Assembly (NCBI RefSeq): GCF_003367075.2
Contig: NZ_CP065936.1
Location: 2,280,001-2,312,000 of the forward strand
From: Cylindrospermopsis raciborskii Cr2010
GTDB lineage: Bacteria > Cyanobacteriota > Cyanobacteriia > Cyanobacteriales > Nostocaceae
Direction: 5' to 3'
Length of the DNA stretch: 32,000 nucleotides
Shown here: positions 18,056 to 25,802 of the stretch, piece by piece
Numbering within the stretch: position 1 is the stretch's first letter
How the letters are laid out: every line of letters begins with the position of its first letter
Program-made: the position numbers and the translations under genes
The notes under the pieces: model-generated
What the model was told of the DNA's origin: nothing
Database searches by the model: none
The model's input: only the letters and a program-made list of their open reading frames with translations

Positions 18056-18095
18056 TTATAATAAGCCATGGAAAGAAGCACTAACCCAATATTAG
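18036..18095 (+). pseudogene. Decayed 5' stub of a fourth Rpn-like copy
   Basis: The position equivalent to the start codon reads ATA instead of ATG. The next 19 codons (ISRIKANYNKPWKEALTQY) parallel MSRIRANYDEPWKEALTEY, then a TAG follows at 18093-18095 and homology is lost. Confidence 0.8.
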
Positions 18096-18104
18096 GAGGT
18101 AGAA

Positions 18105-19400
18105 ATGTTGAATGTAGTTAAAAAAAATTACACATTGAGTTATTTTCGTTTAAAAACTTGTTTAATTGGCAAATCTCTGACCCTATCTTTGTTTTTAATG
18201 AGCAGTTTAATTAGTCCCACTTTAGCGGGAATTAAAAAGGCTGAGATTGTGGATAGTCCTACTATTAAAGATGATAGGGTTACCATTAAAATCAAAGTGT
18301 TAGGAGAAGAAAGTAGACCAGTGATGGGTTTAGAGAGAAATAATTTTGAGTTAAAACTGGATGGCAAAAAATTCAAATTTAAACCCAAGGACTGGAAAAG
18401 TCCAGAAGAAACAGTACCGCCCCCAGCGTGGATTATTGTTTTACTAGATTTTAGTGGTAGCATGAATCAAACGGATAGCGGTGGTAGTAAGAAAATCACA
18501 GGTGCAATTAATGCAATTGGGCAATTTGCTAAAGTTTCTAGTGAGAGGGGAGGAGATACGCAAATCTCCATAGTTCCCTTTGGTGAAGCAGGGAAAAATT
18601 GTCCAGAATACCCTGTAGATAAGGATACATTGGACAAATTTATATCAGCTAGTGATTTTAAACTGCAAAATAGTTTGGAATATTTATCTACTTTGAATCC
18701 TTGTGGATCTACCAATTTATATCAACCTTTAAAGAAGTCCTTGCAGTTTTTAGGTAATCCAGAAGATCCACGTTTTACCCTACCAGAAAATTCGTCAGAT
18801 CCCCAACCAAGACTATCAATCATCCTGTTATCTGATGGCTATCACAATGCTATGAATGAATATCGAGATTTTAGTGAGTTAAAATCCCTGTTGAAAGATT
18901 ATGAAAATATTACTGTACACACTTTAGGATATGGATTAACACCAGAACAATTGGGAGTAAAATATGGACTCAACCGTCCAGCTACCCGTCAAGATGTTAA
19001 TGCAAATAAGGTTCCTGAAGCAGAATTTGTCGATAAAACAAGATTGGCAGAAATTGCTAATTTGACCGGTGGAATTGCAGAGTTTTCTGGAGATGAGAAA
19101 GCAATAGCAGAGAATTTACAATTGTTTCTCAACGCTCTATTAGGAGAATACCAAATTAGCTATATCCAACCCAATGCAGAACGAGGAACTTTACATAAAG
19201 TCCAGGTACGAGTCAAGGATGAAAACAGTCAAGGTGAGTCAAAGTTGGTAGAATATATCATGCCTGTATTTGGGCGATCGCTCCCTTTGGCAAATCGTTT
19301 ATTTATGGTTATATCCATACTGTTCGTTGTAATAGTTGGGGGAATAATTCCCTTTTACTACTGGGGAGAATATCTCAAACGTGAGGTACAAGCGAATTAG
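18105..19400 (+). CDS. von Willebrand factor A (vWA) domain protein with N-terminal signal/anchor and C-terminal TM helix
   Basis: 431 aa. The MIDAS-type motif is in IIVLLDFSGSMNQ, and further vWA blocks are ISIVPFG and ILLSDGYHN. It has a hydrophobic N-terminus (LTLSLFLMSSLISPTLAG) and a C-terminal helix (LFMVISILFVVIVGGIIPFYYW). A strong SD, AGGAGG (18094-18099), lies 5 nt before the ATG. Confidence 0.85.
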   Translation: MLNVVKKNYTLSYFRLKTCLIGKSLTLSLFLMSSLISPTLAGIKKAEIVDSPTIKDDRVTIKIKVLGEESRPVMGLERNNFELKLDGKKFKFKPKDWKSPEETVPPPAWIIVLLDFSGSMNQTDSGGSKKITGAINAIGQFAKVSSERGGDTQISIVPFGEAGKNCPEYPVDKDTLDKFISASDFKLQNSLEYLSTLNPCGSTNLYQPLKKSLQFLGNPEDPRFTLPENSSDPQPRLSIILLSDGYHNAMNEYRDFSELKSLLKDYENITVHTLGYGLTPEQLGVKYGLNRPATRQDVNANKVPEAEFVDKTRLAEIANLTGGIAEFSGDEKAIAENLQLFLNALLGEYQISYIQPNAERGTLHKVQVRVKDENSQGESKLVEYIMPVFGRSLPLANRLFMVISILFVVIVGGIIPFYYWGEYLKREVQAN

Positions 19401-19420
19401 TGCTAGTTTGGTTGTTTTTC

Positions 19421-19699
19421 CTAACTGCCAATATAGTCCTTACAACCAATAGCTGCTTCGGTACTAGCTGTGTAAGGATTAACCGTGCATTTGAGACGAT
19501 AATTGTTGGTAAAGAACTGACAATTAGGACAGGGGATCTGGTGCATTTTTTGGGCAATTTGTACAGTATCCTTAGTTGCAGTCCACAAATTTACTACCAA
19601 TAGGGTAATTATACTCCATGCCATCACAAAGCAGATAGGGATTAATAATGGTTGTAGATTGTTAATTATGTGAATCAGAACAGAAAAGAAATTTAACAT
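19421..19699 (-). CDS. Small membrane-anchored protein with Cys-rich (CPNC...C...C) zinc-ribbon-like tail
   Basis: 92 aa with an ATG start, one or two N-terminal hydrophobic helices, then HQIPCPNCQFFTNNYRLKCTVNP...IGCKDY. The family is not named with confidence. Confidence 0.5.
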   Translation of the reverse strand: MLNFFSVLIHIINNLQPLLIPICFVMAWSIITLLVVNLWTATKDTVQIAQKMHQIPCPNCQFFTNNYRLKCTVNPYTASTEAAIGCKDYIGS

Positions 19700-19730
19700 G
19701 GTAAAAATTCAAGTAAGGTAGGTTTTAAGA

Positions 19731-20321
19731 ATGAATCAGTTAGCGATACCCTGTCTACTATTTCGCAGTGGAACATCCCGTGGACCATTTTTTTTGTCTG
19801 GAGATCTACCTGATGACCATACCACCCGGGACAAAATAATTTTGGCAACTATGGGTTCACCAGATGAAAGACAAATAGATGGTATAGGGGGTGCAACAAC
19901 ATTAACTAGTAAGGTTGTGATTTTCTCTCCATCTCATCACGATTGGGCAGATATAGATTTTCTTTTTGGACAGGTTAGCATTAATCAGAATTTGATTGAC
20001 TGGAGCCCATCCTGTGGTAACATGACCGCCGCAGTTGCTCATGCTGCTATTAAAAGAGGTTTGGTCTCAGCGTTAGATCCCATAACCAAGGTGAAAATTC
20101 GCAACTTAAACACCAATTCATTAGTTGAAACTGTAGTACAAACTCCCCAATCTGAAATTATGTATGATGGTAACACGTCTATTGACGGAGTACCAGGAGC
20201 AGCAGCACCAGTTGTGATGAATTTTATGGAGGTTGTGGGATCTAAAACCGGTCAGTTGTTACCAACGGGCCATTGTCGGGAAGAAATCGAGGGAATTGAG
20301 GTTACCTGTCAGGAATATTAG
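19731..20321 (+). pseudogene. PrpF / 4-oxalomesaconate tautomerase family gene, truncated to about the N-terminal half
   Basis: 196 aa. IPCLLFRSGTSRGPFFL...MGSPDERQIDGIGGATTLTSKVVI...SPSCGNM match PrpF-family N-terminal blocks. Family members as I recall them are roughly twice this length. The ORF ends at a TAG at 20319-20321, exactly where permease homology begins. Confidence 0.7.
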
Positions 20322-21478
20322 GAGCTTGTAATAGTGTTAATCTAGCTCAACTGGCTGTTAGCCATCCGGTTAGTGGTGGTATTTATGAATATGGTTATAA
20401 ATACTTAACTCCTTGGTTAGGTTTTACAGGAGGTTGGATCTATCTTCTAAGTAAAACTGCTGTAGCCGCCACAGCGGCTTTGGGATTTTCTGGTTATCTT
20501 TTAAACAATATTGGTCTTGCTGATGCAGGTATTTTAATCCCCGTAGCGGAAATAGCTGTAGTTATTATTACGTTGATTGTGTTTGGTGGTATGCGCAGTT
20601 CCCAGATATCAACGATTGTAGTGGTCTTAATCACTATGGCTTCTTTACTGGGTTTAATTACTGCAGGTCTATTCTTCTGCTTTTCCCATGGTTGGGGAAA
20701 ATTAACATTTTCGGGAATAAACTCTTATCAGGGAGCAACTAGTTTCTTGCAATCGGTAGCTCTGATGTTTGTTTCTTATAATGGTGCTGCTCGGATTTCT
20801 ATGGTCAGCGAAGAAATTGTTGACCCTAAAAAAAGTATACCAAGGGCAATTATTTTCACCGTGGTGACAACAATGGTTCTGTACATTGGTGTTTCACTGG
20901 TTAGTTTAGGTTCCATTGGGGCAGAATCATTTGCTGCTGCGACAAGAACAAACGCTGCTCCATTAAAGGCTGTAGCTGATAGTTTTGGTATTCCTTTAGT
21001 CTCTAACCTATTGGCTTTAGGTGCAATTACTTCCATGTTAAGTATATTGCTAACAACTGTTTTAGGCGTTTCTCGATTACTTTTAGCCATGGGAAGAAGG
21101 GGAGATATGCCTAAATTGTTTGCCAAACTGAACACTGCAGGAACAACACCAGAATTTGCCGTTATCTTTGTGGGTATTGCAATTGCGGTTTTAGTATTAA
21201 TTGGTGATGTAAGGGTAACATGGTCTTTTGGCACTTTTGGTGCACTATACCGCAGTTTTATTACCAGTTTGTCAGCATTACAAATTGGGGATCAAGAAAG
21301 ATTATATCCAAAGTGGATATCTTGGTTTTCTTTGTGCAGTTCAGTAGTGTTAGCCTTCTGTATTGAATGGTATTATTGGACAATTGGTTTAGGATTAGTC
21401 ATTGTGGGATTAATCTGGCGTTTTATATTCCGTCAGCTTTATACCTCGGAGAATATTCAGTTAATAACCAAGGACTAA
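20300..21478 (+). pseudogene. APC-superfamily amino acid permease lacking its 5' end and start codon
   Basis: The reading frame is open from 20300 and the ORF track calls only 20480 (TTG). My upstream translation, ...ACNSVNLAQLAVSHPVSGGIYEYGYKYLTPWLGFTGGWIYLL, is the conserved (A)ELA..P.SGG.Y.Y block that normally follows about 50 or more N-terminal residues including TM1. There is no ATG or GTG in frame before 20480. Confidence 0.7.
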
Positions 21479-21480
21479 TA

Positions 21481-22527
21481 TCACATAACACCTCCCCCAT
21501 GGCCCAGTGCTAGACCAGTAACTAGCATTCCCAAAACTAGAAACGGTTGAGCACTGGCCTGGTATTTCACATCATTACCGATAGGATCTCTTAGGAAATA
21601 CATATCCTGGAAAGTAATTTGGGGAATGATTAATAATGCCAAAATTGCCGCATATAGATTTTCATGAATGCTGACTAGATAACCTGCTACTAAACCTTGG
21701 AATACATCTATCATCACCACACAAATTAGAGCCGCAGTTTGAATGCCAAACATCACCGGTAATGAATTTAAACCTAACTGGCGATCGCCTTCCACACTTT
21801 TAAAGTCATTGACAATAGCAATCCCCAAACCAGCCAAACTGTAAAATAGGGTAAGAACCACAATTTTCCAATTTAATTCACCAAATAAAGCATGACCCGC
21901 CCACCAAGGTAAGGCAATATAACTAGCACCTAAAGCATAGTTACCCAACCAACCATTTTGTTTTAATTTTAATGGAGGAGCTGAATAAATATAGGCAACG
22001 AAAGAGCCAAAAACCGACAGCATCAAAACATTAGGGAATGTGTGACCCGCCCATATATCTAAAATATAAGCAACTCCATAGCCCAATAATAATAAAATTA
22101 CAAACTGACTAACTACTTGTTTTTCAGAAATTGCTCCGGAAGGAATTGGGCGGTAAGGTTCATTGATAGCATCTATTTCTCGGTCATAATAATCATTAAT
22201 GGTTTGGGTGTAACCAGTTAGTAAGGGACCTGAAAGTAACATACAAAGTGCTGCTTTCAAAACATTTTCTAAGCTCCAGCTGTAGTTACCAGAAGAAGCT
22301 GCACCACAGACCACGCCCCAAATTAAGGGAATCCAGGTAATAGGTTTCATCAACTGTAACCGAATTTTCCAGATGGATGTTTCTCCGGATGCTGCACCTT
22401 TCATTCCTAAAAGTTGACGAGTTTTAGATGTGCGTTCTCCTGAATTTTCTGTATCTATGGATTCTTGATTTATGGATTCCACTGTTGGGGGCTGAGAATT
22501 GTGATTTATAGGGGCGGATTCAGACAT
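21481..22527 (-). CDS. chlG: Chlorophyll synthase (UbiA prenyltransferase family)
   Basis: 348 aa. It has the NDYYDREIDAINEPYRPIPSG motif and overall ChlG-like sequence in a photosynthetic genome context. Confidence 0.9.
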   Translation of the reverse strand: MSESAPINHNSQPPTVESINQESIDTENSGERTSKTRQLLGMKGAASGETSIWKIRLQLMKPITWIPLIWGVVCGAASSGNYSWSLENVLKAALCMLLSGPLLTGYTQTINDYYDREIDAINEPYRPIPSGAISEKQVVSQFVILLLLGYGVAYILDIWAGHTFPNVLMLSVFGSFVAYIYSAPPLKLKQNGWLGNYALGASYIALPWWAGHALFGELNWKIVVLTLFYSLAGLGIAIVNDFKSVEGDRQLGLNSLPVMFGIQTAALICVVMIDVFQGLVAGYLVSIHENLYAAILALLIIPQITFQDMYFLRDPIGNDVKYQASAQPFLVLGMLVTGLALGHGGGVM

Positions 22528-22545
22528 AAGACCTACTTAATCTTT

Positions 22546-23646
22546 TTAAAAAGAAATAATCAAATAACTATTTTGAAACTTAGCTCCGGTAATGGGTTTA
22601 CCACTAAGTGCTGGGGGTAAAAAGATATTGCGGCGATGGTCTCCTGCTTCTATCGTCACCTCCGGACCAGATTGAGTTAGTTTCACCTGTTTTTTGTCAA
22701 ATCCTGGTAAAAACAGTCGTACCTGTTTATTATGTACGTCTATTTCTATCGGCTTAGGAGCCTTAGCTGCATGTTCAACAAAGTTTGGTAAAGCATCAAT
22801 CATTGGTTGCCAGTTTCCCGAGCATATATCGGGAACCATACTAACGGGTAAGGGAGCAAACTCTGTGGATAAATTATTGCTTGTATCGGCATATAAGAGA
22901 ATTATTCCCCCAACAGTTAAACCAACTTGTTGGGCAGTCCCCCAAAGATAACGGGCATTGGCTACATCAATAGAGTCTGCTGTTGTCACTAAAAAGCCAC
23001 AGACACGAGTAGGATCAGCTAAGGCTGCTTTCCCCTGATCAAGAAAGTTATTGATTTGGTTAGCTGGCTGAGCAAAATTTTCAGCAGTCCAATTCACATT
23101 AAACAGGCTAGTAATTACCGGTTGAATCAGGGGTGACTCAGAAATTGCCCTACCTAAATCAGAATTGGCTAACAACTGACGAAAACGTCGAATATACCAG
23201 CTAAGAGATTCAGGCATTCCCAGCATCCTCAAGGTAAAAATATCGCCAGTACCATCATAGATAATTACGTCATATTTACCACTGGCATCATATTCACGAA
23301 TAGCATTGAGCGCTAGAGCATTGTCCATACCTGGCAATACTACCAATTCCTGTCCGTACACGTCTTGAATAATGGGCGTACGTAGATATTGTGCCTCTAG
23401 CTTTTTTACCTCTTCCCAATTTCGCTCTAGCATAACAGAGACCTGAAACTGCACTGCTTCTAAATTAGGAGCAATTTGTTCAGGATCCGCAGATAGACTA
23501 GTTCCTAATAAAATCGGTAGTGTGGGATCCGCTAGTCCTGCTAGAAGTACCCGTTTTCCCTGACTTGCCAAAAACCGGGCCGCAGCGATCGCTATTTTGC
23601 TGCGACCAATACCGTTTTTACCTAAAAATGTTAGTATCAATGCCAT
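22546..23646 (-). CDS. ArsA/Get3-like ATPase-fold protein with degenerate Walker A and an HSP20/CS-like C-terminal domain
   Basis: The ORF track start at 23670 is TTG. I use the ATG at 23646 (MALILTFLGKNGIGRS...). The P-loop reads GKNGIGRS rather than the canonical GKGGVGKT. The C-terminus (IEIDVHNKQVRLFLPGFDKKQVKLTQSG...ITGAKFQNSYLIISF) looks like an alpha-crystallin/CS beta-sandwich. It lies 18 nt upstream of chlG on the same strand. Confidence 0.7.
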   Translation of the reverse strand: MALILTFLGKNGIGRSKIAIAAARFLASQGKRVLLAGLADPTLPILLGTSLSADPEQIAPNLEAVQFQVSVMLERNWEEVKKLEAQYLRTPIIQDVYGQELVVLPGMDNALALNAIREYDASGKYDVIIYDGTGDIFTLRMLGMPESLSWYIRRFRQLLANSDLGRAISESPLIQPVITSLFNVNWTAENFAQPANQINNFLDQGKAALADPTRVCGFLVTTADSIDVANARYLWGTAQQVGLTVGGIILLYADTSNNLSTEFAPLPVSMVPDICSGNWQPMIDALPNFVEHAAKAPKPIEIDVHNKQVRLFLPGFDKKQVKLTQSGPEVTIEAGDHRRNIFLPPALSGKPITGAKFQNSYLIISF

Positions 23647-23720
23647 CGCGTAATTTCCAAATACTGTCAACTCCAGTTTAACACTAACTAGGGAATTTTA
23701 GCTTATGCTTTGAAGTATAT

Positions 23721-23915
23721 TTAAGAGACTGGTTTGAGTTCATCCTCAAAAAACCAAGTGCTGCTCTTATCCTCAAATTTAACTACAAAACCCACGCCAT
23801 TACCATCGGTTATTTTATAATCCTCGATGACACCAACCTTGCCTAATTTTTCAGCTATAGCAGAGGATACGCGATCGCGCAAACGAAACACTTTTACTTC
23901 CTGTCCAACTTTCAT
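23721..23915 (-). CDS. petP: DUF2862 / PetP-like small SH3-fold protein (cytochrome b6f-associated in other cyanobacteria)
   Basis: The ORF track start at 23924 is GTG. The ATG at 23915 gives MKVGQEVKVFRLRDRVS...LGKVGVIEDYKITDGNGVGFVVKF...STWFFEDELKPV, which matches my recollection of the PetP/DUF2862 pattern. Confidence 0.55.
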   Translation of the reverse strand: MKVGQEVKVFRLRDRVSSAIAEKLGKVGVIEDYKITDGNGVGFVVKFEDKSSTWFFEDELKPVS

Positions 23916-24018
23916 AGGTGACACTCCAATAGTCCAGACTTCATTTTACCCGAATCTAGTACCTTATTTACAGACAGCATTTTCGTGAAAATTTTTAGAG
24001 GTTCCAGAAGGCAATAAT

Positions 24019-24080
24019 TGGGTGGGTGGAATTAAATATAAGATGAACGTAGGTTGTTGGGTTGAAGTATGAAACCCAAT
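24019..24080 (+). repeat. Short dispersed repeat, copy B, with a TTGGGTT/AACCCAA hairpin
   Basis: tgggtgggtggaattaaatataagatgaacgtaggttgttgggttgaagtatgaaacccaat aligns with 620-678. Confidence 0.8.
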
Positions 24081-24164
24081 AGAATGGTAAGGATATCAAT
24101 CGGGTTTCAGACATATTTGGAAAAACTGGCAATGGTGTTCAGAACGCCTACCCAACTGTGTCAA

Positions 24165-24401
24165 TCACCATTCCCAACTGCCTTGTATTGTCGCAGTCAT
24201 GCTTTTTTCACCCATTTCAAAGACAATTTTAGTATTCTTGTGTTGATACATTGCCTCTATAGATGCTTTCCACTGACCATGATCTAAGTCAGTGTAAAGT
24301 TCTCCATTCTCAGCTTTAGCGCTGATAGTAAACTGATGGGTTTTTTTGTGGCGAGGGTCAGTAATGTCCTCATGATTGTTGAACAAGTCTTTGGCTGTCA
24401 T
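24165..24401 (-). CDS. Hypothetical small soluble protein (78 aa)
   Basis: The ORF track extends to 24491. I prefer the internal ATG at 24401 (MTAKDLFNNHEDITDPRHKK...), because the upstream extension is low-complexity AT-rich sequence. No motif was recognised. Confidence 0.4.
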   Translation of the reverse strand: MTAKDLFNNHEDITDPRHKKTHQFTISAKAENGELYTDLDHGQWKASIEAMYQHKNTKIVFEMGEKSMTATIQGSWEW

Positions 24402-24520
24402 AGATTTAACCTTTTCTCTGGTATTAATAAAACCATAATATATCAAATACTTAATTCTTGAACTAAAATATGAACCGGAAAAATCAAGCACCTACAAATG
24501 ATCCAGAAAATGCTGGTTGG

Positions 24521-25669
24521 TTAATATTTCAACAATCTATGTAAGATTTGCTGCAAGACTACAACAGTCCAATCAATATCCGCTACTGTGGTTTCTTTCC
24601 CTATCGTTAATCTAATTCCCCCTAAAGCCAATCTCCCACCGTAACCCATAGCCACTAACACTGGACTGGGAGTTAATTTGCCGCTATTACAAGCTGCACC
24701 CGCACTAATACCAATACCAGCTAAATTTAACTGACGTACTAGAGTCTTACCACTGATTCTTTCTCCGTCTGCGTAGTCTATACAAAAACTAACATGGTGT
24801 GGCAATCTTTCCACCATGTCCCCCGTGGGAATTAAACCCGGAGTATGTGCTAACTTACTAAATAGGCGATCGCGCAACTGAATTAATCGTGGTCTTTCCA
24901 TTTCCAGTTCTTGACCTGCCAATTTTGCAGCTACCCCAAAACCTGCTATAGCTGGTAGTGCTTGTGTACCAGAGCGGAGATTATTCTCTTGACCTCCTCC
25001 ACCTAGTAGGGGTATTAACTGCACCCCTGGACGAACATATAAAGCACCTGCACCCAAGGGACCATAAATTTTATGACTAGATAAGCTTAATAGATCTACT
25101 GGTAGACTATTGACATCTAATGGTAATCTTCCGCCAACTTGTACGGCATCAGTATGAAATAAAACATTGTTTGACTTAGTTATTTTAGCCAGGTCTAGTA
25201 TGGGTTGTACCGTACCCACTTCACTTTGTCCATAAATGATAGATACTAGAACAGTGTTATCCCTAAAAGCTAACTTTAGATCTTCCGGATTGACCCTAGC
25301 TTTTCTATCCACTTGTAAACGGGTAATCTGCCAACCCCAACTTTCCAGCATGCTTATGGGTGCGGAAATTGCCGAGTGTTCTACACTGGAAATAATGATA
25401 TGTTGAGGTTGGTGATAATATTGTGCCACGCCCATAATTGCTAAATTGTCTGATTCAGTTCCCCCCGAAGTAAAAATGATAGATTCTGGAACAGCATTGA
25501 TTAACCCTGCTACTTGTATTCTGGCAGTTTCCAAAATTAATGCTGCACGATTACCCCATTGGTGCAAGCTGGAGGGGTTACCCCATTGTTCTTTTAGCAC
25601 TGATTCCATTATGGCAATGGCTTCTGGGCGGGTTGGAGTAGTTGCACTGTAATCTAAATAAATTTGCAT
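24521..25669 (-). CDS. Cysteine desulfurase (class V aminotransferase, NifS/IscS-like)
   Basis: 382 aa. It has IYLDYSATTP, SGGTESDN, the PLP-lysine block LSLSSHKIYGP, and SAGAACNSG with the catalytic Cys. Confidence 0.9.
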   Translation of the reverse strand: MQIYLDYSATTPTRPEAIAIMESVLKEQWGNPSSLHQWGNRAALILETARIQVAGLINAVPESIIFTSGGTESDNLAIMGVAQYYHQPQHIIISSVEHSAISAPISMLESWGWQITRLQVDRKARVNPEDLKLAFRDNTVLVSIIYGQSEVGTVQPILDLAKITKSNNVLFHTDAVQVGGRLPLDVNSLPVDLLSLSSHKIYGPLGAGALYVRPGVQLIPLLGGGGQENNLRSGTQALPAIAGFGVAAKLAGQELEMERPRLIQLRDRLFSKLAHTPGLIPTGDMVERLPHHVSFCIDYADGERISGKTLVRQLNLAGIGISAGAACNSGKLTPSPVLVAMGYGGRLALGGIRLTIGKETTVADIDWTVVVLQQILHRLLKY

Positions 25670-25802
25670 AGCATTAGCATTAATAGTGGGGGGAAAGGTG
25701 GCCAGAAGTGCTGCGTTGTCTTATAATAAGATATTGTATAACAGTGTTGCTTGTTTTTAAAAATGGCTTTAGGAATGTTTTTAAAAATTTTATCAGCTGA
25801 CT

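Larger units (their letters stand above)
14688..18095 (+). repeat. Head-to-tail tandem array of a ~985-1045 bp gene unit (about 3.4 units)
   Basis: Homology starts at about 14688 (aagaactttga...) and ends at about 18090. The unit period is 985 bp (14988->15973) and 1045 bp (15973->17018), and the difference is exactly five 12-bp repeat units. Copies 1 and 2 look identical outside the 12-bp tract. Confidence 0.95.

Noticed and set aside
14688-18095. Calling the repeat units insertion sequences or a composite transposon
   Set aside because: I saw no terminal inverted repeats, no target-site duplications, and no DDE or serine/tyrosine recombinase motifs. The junctions are uniform head-to-tail overlaps, typical of unequal crossing-over rather than transposition. 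'Putative transposase' is only a historical family label.
14100-19273. Longest HIP1-free interval (no GCGATCGC between 14092-14099 and 19274-19281, about 5.2 kb) coincides with the array, which could suggest foreign origin
   Set aside because: With 22 sites in 32 kb (mean spacing about 1.45 kb), a gap this long is expected by chance roughly once in every couple of windows this size. The simple exponential estimate is e^-3.6 per interval across about 23 intervals. About 2 kb of the gap is the same unit counted three times. This is not persuasive evidence of horizontal transfer.
20776-21234. 152-aa minus-strand ORF
   Set aside because: It is antisense to the APC permease frame, which has clear family motifs.
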